Below, in pieces: positions 43,409 through 54,929 of a DNA stretch of 64,000 nt. The stretch spans positions 384,001-448,000 of the forward strand of contig CAWFAK010000005.1 in NCBI GenBank assembly GCA_963813715.1, read 5' to 3'. Within the stretch, counting starts at the first letter, position 1. Every line of letters starts with the position of its first letter. The notes below the pieces were generated by a model. It was not told the DNA's origin, did not search any database, and saw nothing but the letters and a program-made list of their open reading frames with translations. The position numbers were made by a program, and so were the translations under genes. This stretch comes from an uncultured Planctomycetaceae bacterium. Lineage in GTDB: Bacteria; Planctomycetota; Planctomycetia; Planctomycetales; Planctomycetaceae.

Positions 43409-45640
43409 TCAAAACAGTCGGGCGACCTGGTAGGTGATCAGCGCGCCCACGTACGCCAGACTCGTCATGTAGACAAAAGTGAAGACCGGCCAGATCCAGC
43501 GGTTGGTCTCCCGTTTGATCGTCATCAAGGTGCCGGCGCACTCGAGCGCAGAGCGCGAAAAAGACCATGATCGAAAGGGCCACGGGCAGGCTGTAGACCT
43601 TGCGGCCTTCGGAGTCGGTGGCGTTTTGCAGCGACGTGATCAACCCCTGGTTGTTGTCCTTGTCGACCTCGTTCCCCAGGCTATAGATCGTGCCGAGCGT
43701 CGCAATGATCACTTCGCGGGCCGGGAACGAGGCGATCGCGCCGACGCCGATCCGCCAATCCCAACCGAGCGGCCGCACGGCTGGTTCAATCGCGTGCCCC
43801 AGGTGCCCCAAAAAGCTCTTCTCGATCAATTGGCTGCCGAGCTTGTCGCGGCGTTCCCTCAGCTTGTCGAGTTCGGCCTGTTGCGCGGCGTCTCCCTGCG
43901 GCGACCGCGGGCATCGCCTCGATCTGCCGTATGATCGTGTCGCGTTCGCTGTGATTGGCGGGGAAATAACCGGCCGCCCAAACCACGATCGACGTGGCGA
44001 AGATCAGCGTGCCGGCCCGCGTCACGAAGGCCTTGCCCCGATCGTAGGCCCGGTGCAACACCACTCGCGGGGATGGCAACTTGTACGACGGCAGCTCCAT
44101 CACGAAGGGGGGCGTCTCGCCGCGGAAGAATGTCTTCTTGAGCAGCCACGCGCAGGGAACGGCGACGATCGCTCCCAACGAGGACATCGCGAACAGCACG
44201 AGCCCTTGCAGCGAGACCCAGCCGCCCAGATAGGTCACCGCGGGCACAAAGGCCCAGATCAACAGCAGATACACCGGCAAGCGGGCGGAGCAACTCATCA
44301 ATGGGGCAATCAGAATCGTCACCATCCGGTCGCGGCGATTTTCGATCACGCGGGTCGCCATCACGCCGGGAATCGCGCAGCGCGAACGATGACATCAGCG
44401 GAATGAACGACTTGCCGCTCAGTCCCAGCCGGCTCATCAGGCGATCCATCAGGAAGGCCGCCCGGGCCATGTAGCCGCAGTCCTCGAGCACGGCGATGAA
44501 CAAGAACAGGAACACAATCTGGGGCAGGAAGACGAGCACGCCGCCGACGCCCGCCACCACGCCGTCGACCACCAGGCTGCGAAGCGCTCCCGGGCCGATC
44601 AGCGATTCGACGCCGCCTTTGATCAGCCCCTCGGTCCACTCGATCGAGCGCATGAACGGCTCGGCCCAGTAATAGATCGACTGGAAGACGACGAACATGA
44701 TGCCCGCGAAGACCAAAAGTCCCGACACGCGATGCGTCAGCACGCGATCGATGCGGTCGCTGGTGGTCGTGGCCGGCTGGGCCGCATGCGTCAGCACGCC
44801 GGACACGACCTCGCGGATGGCCGCGTAGCGCGTTCTCGCTTCGGCAGCCGGCAGGCGAAAGCCGTCTTTTGCCAGCCGATCGCGGATTTGAGCGACCCGC
44901 TCTGTGAAGCCGGCCGGCTGCGTCGGCGTGAGCCACTTCTCGATCTGGCCGTTCGGATCGAGCAGCAGCCGCTCCACCAGGTAACGGGGCAACGCCTCGC
45001 CGTTCACTGGACGAAGATCGCGGGCCACTTCGTCGACGGCTGCGTAAAACGCTGCCGGAAAGACGGGCTTGGGCGCCGGGCGTTTCGATTCGGCCGCGTC
45101 CAGCAAGGCTTGCCGCACCGCTTCGATGCCGACCCGCCGATGGGCCTCCGTCGTGACGATGGGAATCCCCAACCGCTGGGAGAGGGCCGGCACGTCGATT
45201 GAGGTGCCCCGCTGTCGTGCCACGTCCGACATGTTGAGGATCAGCACAGTCGGCAGCCCGACGTCGAGCACCTGGCTGACAAGAAACAGATTGCGTTCGA
45301 GGTTCGAGGCGTCGACGATGCAGGCCACCGCGTCGAGCCGGCCGACATCCGCCTGACGTCCCAAAAGCACTTCGACCGAAACCATCTCATCCAGCGAGCG
45401 CGGGGCCAGGCTGTATGTGCCGGGCAGATCGACGACCTTGAGCGTCGTGTCGCCCACGCGCACGCGGCCGATTTTTTTCTCGACGGTGACCCCCGGATAG
45501 TTGCCCACGCGAGCGTGCATTCCGGCCAGTGCATTGAAGAGCGTGCTTTTGCCGGTGTTGGGGTTGCCGATGAAGGCCACGGTGAGCGTGCGCGGGGGAT
45601 GCGATGTCTGACCGGTCAGGCTCGGCGTGGTGGCGGTCAT
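43409..45640 (-). CDS. feoB: Ferrous iron transporter B (frameshifts near 44380, 43890, 43545)
   Basis: GNPNTGKS, GNYPGVTVE, DLPGTYSL, LNMSD, LEDCGYMAR, PLMSCSARLP, FVMELP, GWDWRI, AREV. Confidence 0.95.
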
Positions 45641-45676
45641 GCTGTGTGGTTTTCGGGCACGGCGGGCGTCCTCGAT

Positions 45677-45910
45677 CTAAGTGCCGAGCCGCTCGACTTG
45701 CAGCCGGCGCGCCTCGTTGGCCCGCAGCGAGATGCGGTAACCGCGCACGCGAAACTCGATCGGGTCGCCAAACGGGGCGAAGCCGACGACTTCGATCTCC
45801 TCCCCCTCGGTCAGCCCCATTTCCAGCAAGCGCACGGCCACGCCGTCGTCGCCGTGAATTTCGCGAATGACGGCTCGCGATCCGGCCTTCAATTGATCGA
45901 GGGTTTCCAT
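45677..45910 (-). CDS. feoA: FeoA
   Basis: RLLEMGLTEG, APFGDPI, SLRANEA. Confidence 0.95.
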   Translation of the reverse strand: METLDQLKAGSRAVIREIHGDDGVAVRLLEMGLTEGEEIEVVGFAPFGDPIEFRVRGYRISLRANEARRLQVERLGT

Positions 45911-45968
45911 AGAAACACCGGCATGATCATGAAGGGCCAGCAGGGCGGGAGCTCGTCGAAATCGGGAC

Positions 45969-46253
45969 TTAGTGCCGCGCGGCCGCCGGCTTGCCCACCT
46001 GGACGAGGATCAAGGCCGCGTCGGAGCCGCGAAACCCGAACCGATGGTTTCCGACCGCCACGATGCAGTCACCGCCGGAGCGGACCATTCGCACGGGACG
46101 GCCCGGACGCAGACCCATTTCTCCCAGGCGATGCACGTGCTCCGGCTGTCCATCGACTTCCACGATCGTCCCCGAATCCCCGGGTGCAAGGTGGTCCAGC
46201 GGCATGACTTGGCAGACGGCTGTATCAGCAGGCGACATCGGGGAGCGCTTCAT
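45969..46253 (-). CDS. feoA: Second FeoA-family protein
   Basis: PLDHLAPGDSG, RLGEMGLRPG, CIVAVGNHRFGF. Confidence 0.85.
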   Translation of the reverse strand: MKRSPMSPADTAVCQVMPLDHLAPGDSGTIVEVDGQPEHVHRLGEMGLRPGRPVRMVRSGGDCIVAVGNHRFGFRGSDAALILVQVGKPAAARH

Positions 46254-46284
46254 GTCAGGGCCTAAAACGCGCGGTCCGTTGAAT

Positions 46285-46345
46285 TGAGACTGAGTCTCAG
46301 GTCCAACTTCACTCCTATAATACACCTTCGGCACGCTGACGGCAA
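46285..46345 (-). promoter_or_regulatory. feo promoter and 7-1-7 Fur-like operator
   Basis: Minus strand TTGCCG (46345-46340) -17- TATTAT (46322-46317); perfect palindrome TGAGACT-G-AGTCTCA at 46285-46299. Confidence 0.8.
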
Positions 46346-46409
46346 CAGTCGTTATCAAAGGTTCGTCCGAGCAGAGCAATTAAGACGTATCCTATGACGA
46401 TGTCGCGAC

Positions 46410-46438
46410 TTGACGCTGTTTTCGGACCCTCCTATACT
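46410..46438 (+). promoter_or_regulatory. Sigma70-like promoter divergent from feo
   Basis: TTGACG -17 nt- TATACT. Confidence 0.75.
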
Positions 46439-46481
46439 CGCGCCGAAGTTCCCATGCGCCCTTCCGAATGAGCCGTTTCGA

Positions 46482-47370
46482 ATGAAAAGTGAACATCGCC
46501 ACGAGCTGAAAACCAACGAGCTGGAGCGGATTGCTTCCGAGTTGGGCCACACCGCCGAGCACTACGTCCACGACAATTGGATGCTACTCGCGGCGGCCGT
46601 CGTTGCGATTCTGATCGGCGCAGGTGGCGTGGTGTACTGGCGCAGCTCGTCTGGTTCGGCAGGCCAGCAAGGTTGGCGAGAGTTTGCCAGCGCGTCGAAG
46701 GCGGCCGACTACGGCAACGTCGCCGACAAATACTCAGGCAGCGTCGCCGCGGCATGGTCCCGGCTTCTCGAAGGCGAAATGGAGCTCAACAGCGGCATTC
46801 GCTCGAGCTTCACCGATCGATCGGCCGGACGTTCCGACCTGCAGAAAGCCCAGGAGAATTTCGAGAAACTGATCGCCGACAAAGCCACGCCGAGCGACGT
46901 CATCGAGCGCGCCCTGTTCGGGCTGGCTCGGGCGAAAGAGGCGTTGCCGCCGAAAGATCTCAGTCCGTCGAAAATCAACGACGGGGCGATCGAGACCTAT
47001 CAGCGTCTCGTCACCGAGTTCCCGATCAGCGTCTATAAGGACTATGCCGAGGCGCGAATCGCCGCCCTCAAGACGGGCACCGCCCAGGATTTCTACGCCT
47101 GGTTCGAGCAACAAAATCCCAAGCCGGCCGACCGCGAGATGCCCAAGGATTCTGATCCCGCCATCGCCTGACGAAACGAAGACGGCCACCGGCACGCCGA
47201 TCAAGACCGTGCCGCCTCCCGCCACGAGCAAGCCCGCGTCCGGCAAAGCCACCGAAACGAAACCAGCCGCGGGCAGCCCGGCCAAGTCCACTGTGCCCGC
47301 GCCCGCGAGCAAATCGCCGGCGACCGAAGAGGGCCCGGCGATGCCGGCTCCCGCGTCTCCAACCAAGTGA
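46482..47370 (+). CDS. Membrane-anchored TPR (YfgM-like) protein with Pro/Ala/Lys-rich tail; frameshift near 47150
   Basis: MKSEHRHELKTNEL, one TM, RALFGLARAKE TPR-like helices. Confidence 0.8.
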
Positions 47371-47446
47371 GGCCGGCACGCCGTCTGGAGTGACGGGGCC
47401 CAGAGCGCTGGGCCCGAAGTGACCAGGCCGGAATGACCAGTCCGGA

Positions 47447-48502
47447 ATGAGTGACGGCCTTTCCTCCGACCAGCCGATCCTGATCACGGTGGAGGCCCGC
47501 GCTCAAGGCTGGCGCGTCGATCACTATCTCAGCCGGCTCTTCCCTAATTTCAGCCGCGCCCTGTTTCAAAGGGCCATCGAGCAGCAGACGATCCTCGTCA
47601 ACGGCATACCTGCCAAGCCGTCGCGCAAGCTGCGGATGAACGATCGACTCTCGGTTCGCCTGCCCCAGCTGCCGGACCGCACGCTGCCTCCCGAAGACAT
47701 TCCGCTCAACATCATTTACGAGGACGACTACCTGATCGTCCTCAACAAACAGGCCGGACTGATCGTCCATCCGGGTAAGGGGAACTATCGCGGAACGTTG
47801 GCCGGCGCCCTGCAATTTCATTTCAACCGGCTGAGCGACGTGGCCGGCCAGCTCCGGCCGGGAATCGTCCATCGACTCGATCGCGATACGAGCGGCGTGC
47901 TGGTGATCGCCAAAGACAACCAGGTCCATCACCGCTTAAGCGGCCAGTTCGAGCGCCGCGAAGTGACCAAAGAGTATCTGGCAATCGCCCGCGGCACGCT
48001 TGATCTCGACGAAGACGAAATCGCCACGCACGTCTGCATCAATCCCCGGCACCGTGAAAAGATGATGGTCTGTGAGCCGCAAGGCAACTCGCGGCCGGCG
48101 GTGACACGTTATGCGGTCGCCAATCGCTACACCGGTTTCACGGTGGTGCGGCTCTTTCCCAAAACGGGTCGCACGCATCAGCTGCGCGTGCACTTGCAAC
48201 ACCTGGGCCATCCGATCGTCGCGGATCGTCTGTATGGCGGCGGTGCTCGGCTGTCGTTGGCGGATCTGAATCCTTCCGCAAAGCATGCCGACGAACAGAG
48301 CGAGCCTACGGAAGAGGCCGAGACGGACGCCGATGCGTCGCCCGATCTAATCGCCCGCCAGGCTTTGCACGCCCGTCGGCTCGCCTTTCGCCATCCCCAC
48401 AGTGGCAAGGAACTGGAATTTGAGGCACCATTACCCGACGACATCACGCGGACCCTCGCAGCCCTCGCCCGCCACTGTCCCCTGCCGGATAGGAAATCAT
48501 GA
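47447..48502 (+). CDS. rluD: RluA/RluD family 23S rRNA pseudouridine synthase
   Basis: S4 domain, NKQAGLIVHP, GIVHRLDRDTSG, TGRTHQLRVH, QALHA. Confidence 0.95.
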   Translation: MSDGLSSDQPILITVEARAQGWRVDHYLSRLFPNFSRALFQRAIEQQTILVNGIPAKPSRKLRMNDRLSVRLPQLPDRTLPPEDIPLNIIYEDDYLIVLNKQAGLIVHPGKGNYRGTLAGALQFHFNRLSDVAGQLRPGIVHRLDRDTSGVLVIAKDNQVHHRLSGQFERREVTKEYLAIARGTLDLDEDEIATHVCINPRHREKMMVCEPQGNSRPAVTRYAVANRYTGFTVVRLFPKTGRTHQLRVHLQHLGHPIVADRLYGGGARLSLADLNPSAKHADEQSEPTEEAETDADASPDLIARQALHARRLAFRHPHSGKELEFEAPLPDDITRTLAALARHCPLPDRKS

Positions 48503-49380
48503 AGCTCGCTAAGATCCGACTGACCGATGGGACACCGCAATTGGCGGCCGTCGAGGACAATGACCGCCGGCTGCGTCTGCTCGATCTGGCCCAAGTCGAA
48601 AAGATCAAAAGCCTGGCGGACATCCTGCACTCGCCCGATCCACTGGGGCTGGCGCGATTTCTCATCGATCCGAAGTCGCCGCCGATCGACGTCGACAAAG
48701 CGGCCCTGCTGGCACCCATCGACGATCAGGAAGTGTGGGCGGCCGGCGTGACCTACAAGCGCAGCCAGGTCGCCCGCATGGACGAATCGGCGTCCGGCGC
48801 AGTCCACTACGACAAGGTTTACACGGCCGACCGTCCGGAGTTGTTCTTCAAGGCGACCGCGAACCGCGTCTCGGGACCGGGTGAGCCGGTGCGCGTGCGG
48901 TTCGATAGCCGCTGGACTGTCCCCGAGCCCGAATGGACGCTCGTCGTCTCCGACAAAGCGAAGCTGGTTGGCTTCACGCTCGGCAACGACATGTCGGCCC
49001 GGGACATCGAAGGTGAAAACCCGCTCTATTTGCCGCAGGCCAAGCTTTATCTGCAGTCGTGTGCCCTCGGCCCGTGGGTTTTCCTGCCGGAGACGCCGCT
49101 CGATCGCGAGAAGACCAAGATCGGCGTGACGATCGTCCGCAAAGGGAAAACGGTCTTCGAGGGAGCGACCGATCTCGGCCAGATGGTGCGTTCGTTCGAG
49201 GAACTCATCGGCTGGCTGGCCCGCGAGAACAGCTTTCCCAATGGCGCGTTTTTATTGACCGGCACGGGCGTCGTGCCTCCGGACGATTTCGGACTCGAAG
49301 ACGGTGACAAGGTGTCGATTGCAGCCCCAATCATCGGCACACTGACGAACCCCGTCGTCAAAGAATCGCGCACGAAATAA
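48499..49380 (+). CDS. Fumarylacetoacetate hydrolase family (2-keto-3-deoxypentonate dehydratase-like)
   Basis: QEVWAAGVTY.RS, RPELFFK, PEPE, GNDMSARDIEGENPLYLPQAK, LLTGTGVVP. Confidence 0.92.
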   Translation: MKLAKIRLTDGTPQLAAVEDNDRRLRLLDLAQVEKIKSLADILHSPDPLGLARFLIDPKSPPIDVDKAALLAPIDDQEVWAAGVTYKRSQVARMDESASGAVHYDKVYTADRPELFFKATANRVSGPGEPVRVRFDSRWTVPEPEWTLVVSDKAKLVGFTLGNDMSARDIEGENPLYLPQAKLYLQSCALGPWVFLPETPLDREKTKIGVTIVRKGKTVFEGATDLGQMVRSFEELIGWLARENSFPNGAFLLTGTGVVPPDDFGLEDGDKVSIAAPIIGTLTNPVVKESRTK

Positions 49381-49411
49381 GCGGTGCTCAGCAGCAATGA
49401 TTGAGAGCTGG

Positions 49412-51056
49412 TCAACCGGGGTTCGACGAACCCTTGCCGGCGAGGCTGGAATTCGCGCCCCGCTCTTTTGGCGCTACGCTGGAAGTTGAAGACCTCGGCG
49501 CCATCGCTCCCTGTGAATTTCGTTTCAGCATCTCCTCGATCCGCTCCAAGATGTCCTTGCCGCTGACCTTCGCGAGCGGATGGCCGTGCCAGAGAATGCG
49601 GCCGTCTGCGCCAATAAGGAACGTCTTCGGAGCGAAGTCGAGACCAAAGGCCACAGCGGGCGCCGTGTCGAGAGGATAGGACTTCCAGGGTCCGGCCCAA
49701 TAGTGTTCCAGGTGCTTCCAGCCGCGCTCCTTCAAGTGCCGCGCAACGCTGTCGGGCTCTTCGTCGATGCTGATTGGCACGACGGTGACACGGTCGTTCC
49801 AATGGTCGCGATTCTGCGCTGGCACGATCGAGCTTCTCAATTGTCTCCTGACAGTACGGACACCAACTGAGCCAGAAGTCGAGACAGACGAGTTCCCCAC
49901 GCAGGTTGCTGAGCTTTGTATGCTTGCCGGTGGTCACGCTCACCAGGTCGATGTCGGGCGCCATGTCCCCCACTTCCGGAGGCAGCAGGAACGTGAACGT
50001 TTCGGGGGCCGAACGGGTCTGGAATTGGAAGGTTCCAAGATCGCGCGGGTGCTCTCCGATCTTGACCGTGTAACCTCGGTGGAACCAAAGGCATTGCGAG
50101 ACACGGTCCGTGATTCCCTTGAGAACAATTTCCCCCGATTCGGGGACTGGGGCGGCAAAGACGGGAATCGTGCCGTAGTGGCCGTCACGATAGCCGATCG
50201 AAACTTTGACGCCCTTCGCGGGCTGGCCGTCGCGCTTGCGCAGACGCACGACGGCCGTGCGCTGCCCGCGAAAAGCCTGTGGATCGGGGGGCGCGTAGTG
50301 AAAATCGATCCGACGCGTCTGGTCGGGGGCCAGATGGAGTTCCACGTTTTCGTGGTACCAGCCCGGATTGACTGGTTGCTCTACCGTCCCCGAAATGGTT
50401 TTGACTTCCGCCTTGGGGTGCGTAGAGGCCGTGATCCAGTAATGGCCCGCGTCCAGATCGGCAATTCGCAGTGGAGCCCCCAGTGGCAGGTCCATGCGAT
50501 AGGCGGCCCATAAATACTTGTTCCGTGTTGTCATTCGCATGACCGTCAACATCTGGCGGTCAAATGGCAGGTTCTTCCCGCTGGTCTTTCCCGCATCGAA
50601 GCGAATTTCGAGAAGTCCCGGCTTCTCGAGCGCGATTTCAAGTGGGCCCTCCTTGACCTCCGACCACTTGAATGGTCCGCGCTCGAAAAACCGCAGGAAA
50701 CCCGGTGCGAAGACGGCCACGTAGAACGGCTGTCCGGGAGTGGAAAGCCGCGCGGCAAACTCCGCCGGCCCGATCGAGCGAACACCGGCCGAGTACACGT
50801 CGGGCTCGCCGTCGTGACGGTTCATCGGTTGCCACGACAACTGCGCTTTGTCGCGTAAGTCTTCCCCATAAACCTCTGGCACGACGCCGGCCGGCCAGAT
50901 CATCCCAGCGGGCAGGCGAAAACGCAGCCTCAACTCGCCCGCTTGAACTGGCTCGCCTCGCACAGCAACGGCTCGACCTCCATCAGGTGGGGCCGTGCGA
51001 CTCGCCGAGTGGCAAACCGCCATGATCAAACCGAGGGCGACAGCGAATCGTCGCAT
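49412..51056 (-). CDS. Secreted protein with C-terminal TlpA/redoxin domain (frameshifts near 49800-49850)
   Basis: AAGGAGG RBS, signal peptide; VGDMAPD..LSNLRG..LDFWLSWCPYC; P.TFLIGADGRILW.GHP. Confidence 0.8.
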
Positions 51057-51208
51057 GAGGACCTCCTTGTCTCACCACGCTGGGGGGGCGTGCCAAAGTT
51101 CGCGGCACGATGCCTCGCTTGTTTACCCGGCCGGCGGGGTTCTACCATCGCAGGAAATTGCTGTCTATCCATCGACCCTGCCCGGCACCTTCTCTGCGAG
51201 GTTCTCCC

Positions 51209-52491
51209 GTGACGCATGAACCCGACTTTTCGCGTCGACAATTTGTTCGGACTTCCGTGGCGGCGGCCGGAGCCGTGACGATGGCCAGTCTGGCGCCGGC
51301 GGCGGCAATCGGCGCCAATGATCGCATTCGCATGGGAGTGATCGGCGTTGGCGGGCAGGGGACCGGTCACGTTGCCGGGCTGGTGAAGCGGGCCAAGGCC
51401 GACAACGTCGAGGTCGTCGCCGTCTGCGACGTTTATCGGCGGCGAATCACGCGGGCCCAGTCGATCTCGAAGGCGGAAGGTTACAGCGACTATCGCAAAG
51501 TCCTCGAGCGTCCCGATATCGACGCCGTGCTGATCGCCACGCCCGACCACTGGCACGCCAAGATTGCCGGCGATGCGCTCGAAGCGGGCAAGCATGTTTA
51601 TTGCGAAAAGCCGATGACGCACACGGTCGAGCAGGCGATCGAGCTGCGCGACAAGGTCCGCCGTCACAAAAAGGTGCTGCAGGTCGGCCCCAACGCCACC
51701 GCCAACGACGGCTATTGGCAGGCCCAGCGGGCGATCCGCGACGGCCGCATCGGCAAGGTGACCTGGCGCAGGGCTGCTACAACCGCAACGAGCGCGTCTG
51801 CCTTTTCAACGTTCATCAAAAGATCGATCCGACCGCCGGCCCCGACAAGTCGGGCGAGGATCACATCGATTGGGACATGTGGCTCGGTTACAAATGGGAT
51901 CTCGCCCCCCAGATCGCTTGGAACCCCGAGCACTTCTTCCGCTTCCGCAAGTACTGGCCCTATAACGGCGGTGTCGCCACCGACCTCTTGTATCACAAGC
52001 TCGCTCCGCTGCTGCTCGCGATCGCCGGCCCGGACGGCGAATATCCGTCGCGCGTCAACGCGTGCGGCGGGCTCTACATCGAGAAGGACGGCCGCGACAT
52101 CCCCGACACCTTCTTGATGACGGCCGACTATCCGAGCGAGTTCTCAATTTTCCTCGTCAGCACGCTGACCAACGACGCCGGCATTCCCGACCGAGTCTAC
52201 GGCAAATGGGGCACGATGGAACTCGGCGGCGAGCCCGCGTTGAAGGTGAACGGCCCCTTCACGCCGGAGTTCAAAGCCAAGAACGACGGCAAAGCCGAGG
52301 TCCACCTGCCACTCGAGCCGCGCCGCGATCTGGTCGGCAATTTCCTCGACGTAATCCGCGGCAACGGCAAGCTCTGCTGCAACGCCGAACTGGGAGCGGC
52401 GACGATGGTGGCCATCAAGCTGGCCGTCGAATCGTACCGGCAGAAGAAGACGATGCTCTGGGACGCGAAGGCCGAGCGGGTCCTAGCGTAG
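51209..52491 (+). CDS. Tat-exported Gfo/Idh/MocA oxidoreductase (frameshift near 51765)
   Basis: SRRQFV Tat motif, GANDRIRMGVIGVGGQG, ATPDHWH, YCEKP, DWDMWLG, RFRKYW. Confidence 0.93.
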
Positions 52492-52550
52492 GCGTGGGAC
52501 CAGTCCGCCGAACGGGAACCGACCGGTTGCGCTTTAAGAGTTGCTCTCCG

Positions 52551-53678
52551 TCATTTCGGTGCCGCTCTCGCGCGTCGCGTTCCTGACGGGGCCCGCAGGC
52601 CCGCCAGTTCCTTGTACTCGGCCGTGATCGCGCGTTGGGATCCGTCCGGTTCGACGACGTAGTTACGAATGCCGTCAGGCGTGTTCATACCTCGTTGATC
52701 CTGCACGGCGGTGCCGGGTGGAAACTGCTGAGAAAAGACGAAGGGATCGATCTTCTCGTTGATGGCGTAGCTGATCACCCGGCACTCCTGGTGAAAGTCT
52801 TTCGCTTCGGAAGTCCACTCCGAGGGGACCCAGCCGAATTTGGGGTCCTTTTTGTATCGGATCGCGCCTTCCCGGTGCAAAATCGGCCCTTCGACTGTCC
52901 AGTGTGCGACGACGTCGTCGCGGACCGGACTGACCCATAAGCTTTCGATGCGCTTCCTCCTCGCGCACCGTTACCGCTCTTCTGCACGATGACCCTCTGA
53001 ATTTTGACGCAACGACCGTTGTCCATGCTCGCATTCTCGTCGACGAGGCGGCACTGATCTCGCAGCCAGGAGACGCCGGGGAATTGGGGGCGAAACGTCA
53101 GCCAGAGCCTGCAGTGTCGGGTCGGCCATCTGCTGCTCGACCCGCATCGTGCGATATAAGACACCGTACGCCTTCCGGGACTGCTCAGCCGGCGAGCCCG
53201 TTTCGTAACGCGAACCGGCCGAGTATTGCGAGCTCGTGTCGCCGTCGATGATCCATCGCCCGACCACCCGCCGAGCGTCGGCCGGCTTCGCCTGGGGAAC
53301 TTTGAAAATCGGCGTTTCGATCTTGCAAAAACGCTGGTCGCCCTCAAAAAAACCCTGCACGCCGAATTGCTCGAAGGCCTGATCATGTTCGAAACGCTGC
53401 AAAGGAACGGTGCCGCTTGTACGGTCGCGCGATCCTTTCGGGTACGTCGTGCGGCAGTCCCAGGTGATATGAACCGATCGGACCCGATCGCTCCGCGCCT
53501 TCCAGTTGGCGAAAATCCGATCGAGCACGGCCGTCTCGTGCGGCGACGGCGGCGGATCGGCGGCTCGCGCCAGCAGAGTGAAACGCGACGCCGACACGAA
53601 GAAAAACAACGTGGCGACCATGGCGGACCGCGGTCGGATTCGGCCAGGCATGGCAACTCCCGGTCTCGGCATTGTCAT
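52551..53678 (-). CDS. Hypothetical secreted protein, paralog A (frameshifted)
   Basis: Signal peptide; DRIFANWKAR.DRV..H.TWDCRTT; C-terminal I.YKKD..GW.P.EW, SYAIN..IDP..FSQ.FP.GT. Confidence 0.7.
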
Positions 53679-54792
53679 TTCGCTTGGGCCTTCGCGGCGG
53701 CCTGCTTTATCCGGCGGGAAGGTGCTCCGATTAAGCGTCCGTACTCTTCGAGGGAAACCGTGCGCTTGGAGCCGTCTTTCTGGACAATGTAGTAACGAAC
53801 GTCCTTCGCCGAGCTGCCGTTCATTTGATCCGAGACCGGAGTACCGGCGGGAAACTCCTGGGAGAAGATCGTGGGATCGATGCTGTTGTTGATCGCGTAG
53901 CTGGTCACCCTAAACTCGAAGAGTTCCGCACCGACGTAGTCGCAACTCCACTCCCAGGGGATCCAACCGATCGTTTTGTCCTTTTTGTAGTTGATCGTCC
54001 CCAAGCAAGTGTGTAGCGACGGGCTTTCCGTTTTCCAGCGGACGACAAGATCGTCGCGAGCGGGACTGACCCAGACGGTCTCGACATAGCCCGCCTGCTG
54101 ACCACCGCCGAAAGGCCTCGGCTCGACCAAGCGCTGAAGCTGGACGTAATGTCCTTTATCGCGATCGACGGTTTCCTGGACGAAACGGCACTGTTCCCGG
54201 AGCCATGAGAGCGACGAGTACGCTGGCCGAAACGGGAGCAACACCGTTTGCCAGCCCCCGATCGGAAATGATCCGTCGGTGGGAGTTCGATAAAGTTGGC
54301 CACAGCGCGGAAAATCGCGGCCAGGTCCCGTCACATTCTCCCAGCCGGATCCCGAGTTAAGAACCGAAGTCACGTTGCCGACGACCACCCACCGTTCGAC
54401 CACCCGCCTCCGGTCTGTTGATTGAGTCAGCGGCGCCTTGAAAGTAGGAGTGTTGACAAGGCACATCCGATCGTCGCCTTCGACCCAGAGCTGGACGCCT
54501 GATTGCTCGAACACCGTGTCGCGGTCCAAGAGACTGCGAGGTCTGCCGGTGCTCGAGAAATCCTCGGTTCCTTTTTTGCACGTCGTTCGGCAATCCCACG
54601 TGAAGTGCAGCGTGTGCACGCGATCGTGCCGCGCCTTCCAGTTGGCGAAAATCCGATCCGGCACGGCCGCTTCGTGGGCCGCCTTGCGCCGGATCATCGG
54701 CTTGCGCCGGTCGTCGGAAATCTGTAGCGGCCGCAAGGACGAAGAATGCCATCGCGAACTCGGGCCAATCGTTGCAGGCAACCAAATGGCAT
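53675..54792 (-). CDS. Hypothetical secreted protein, paralog B (N-terminus frameshifted)
   Basis: Same motifs as paralog A; stop overlaps the start of A (ATGA). Confidence 0.7.
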
Positions 54793-54929
54793 GGCGGCCT
54801 CCCGAACTGGGAGAATCGGGACAGCGGCGGCACTAGGCATTGAGCGTATCGCCCGCAACAAGCGAGAGCCACAACAAAAGCCGAATCACGGCTGAACTTC
54901 GTGCGGGGCTGTTAGCCGGCTATTTGAGG

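Noticed and set aside
33211..45640. recG and feoB as pseudogenes or programmed frameshifts
   Set aside because: Motifs are intact, there are no consistent slippery sites, and indels affect genes of every class
47385..47450. G(A/G)A(G/A)TGAC(C) short repeats upstream of rluD
   Set aside because: Too short and degenerate to support a call
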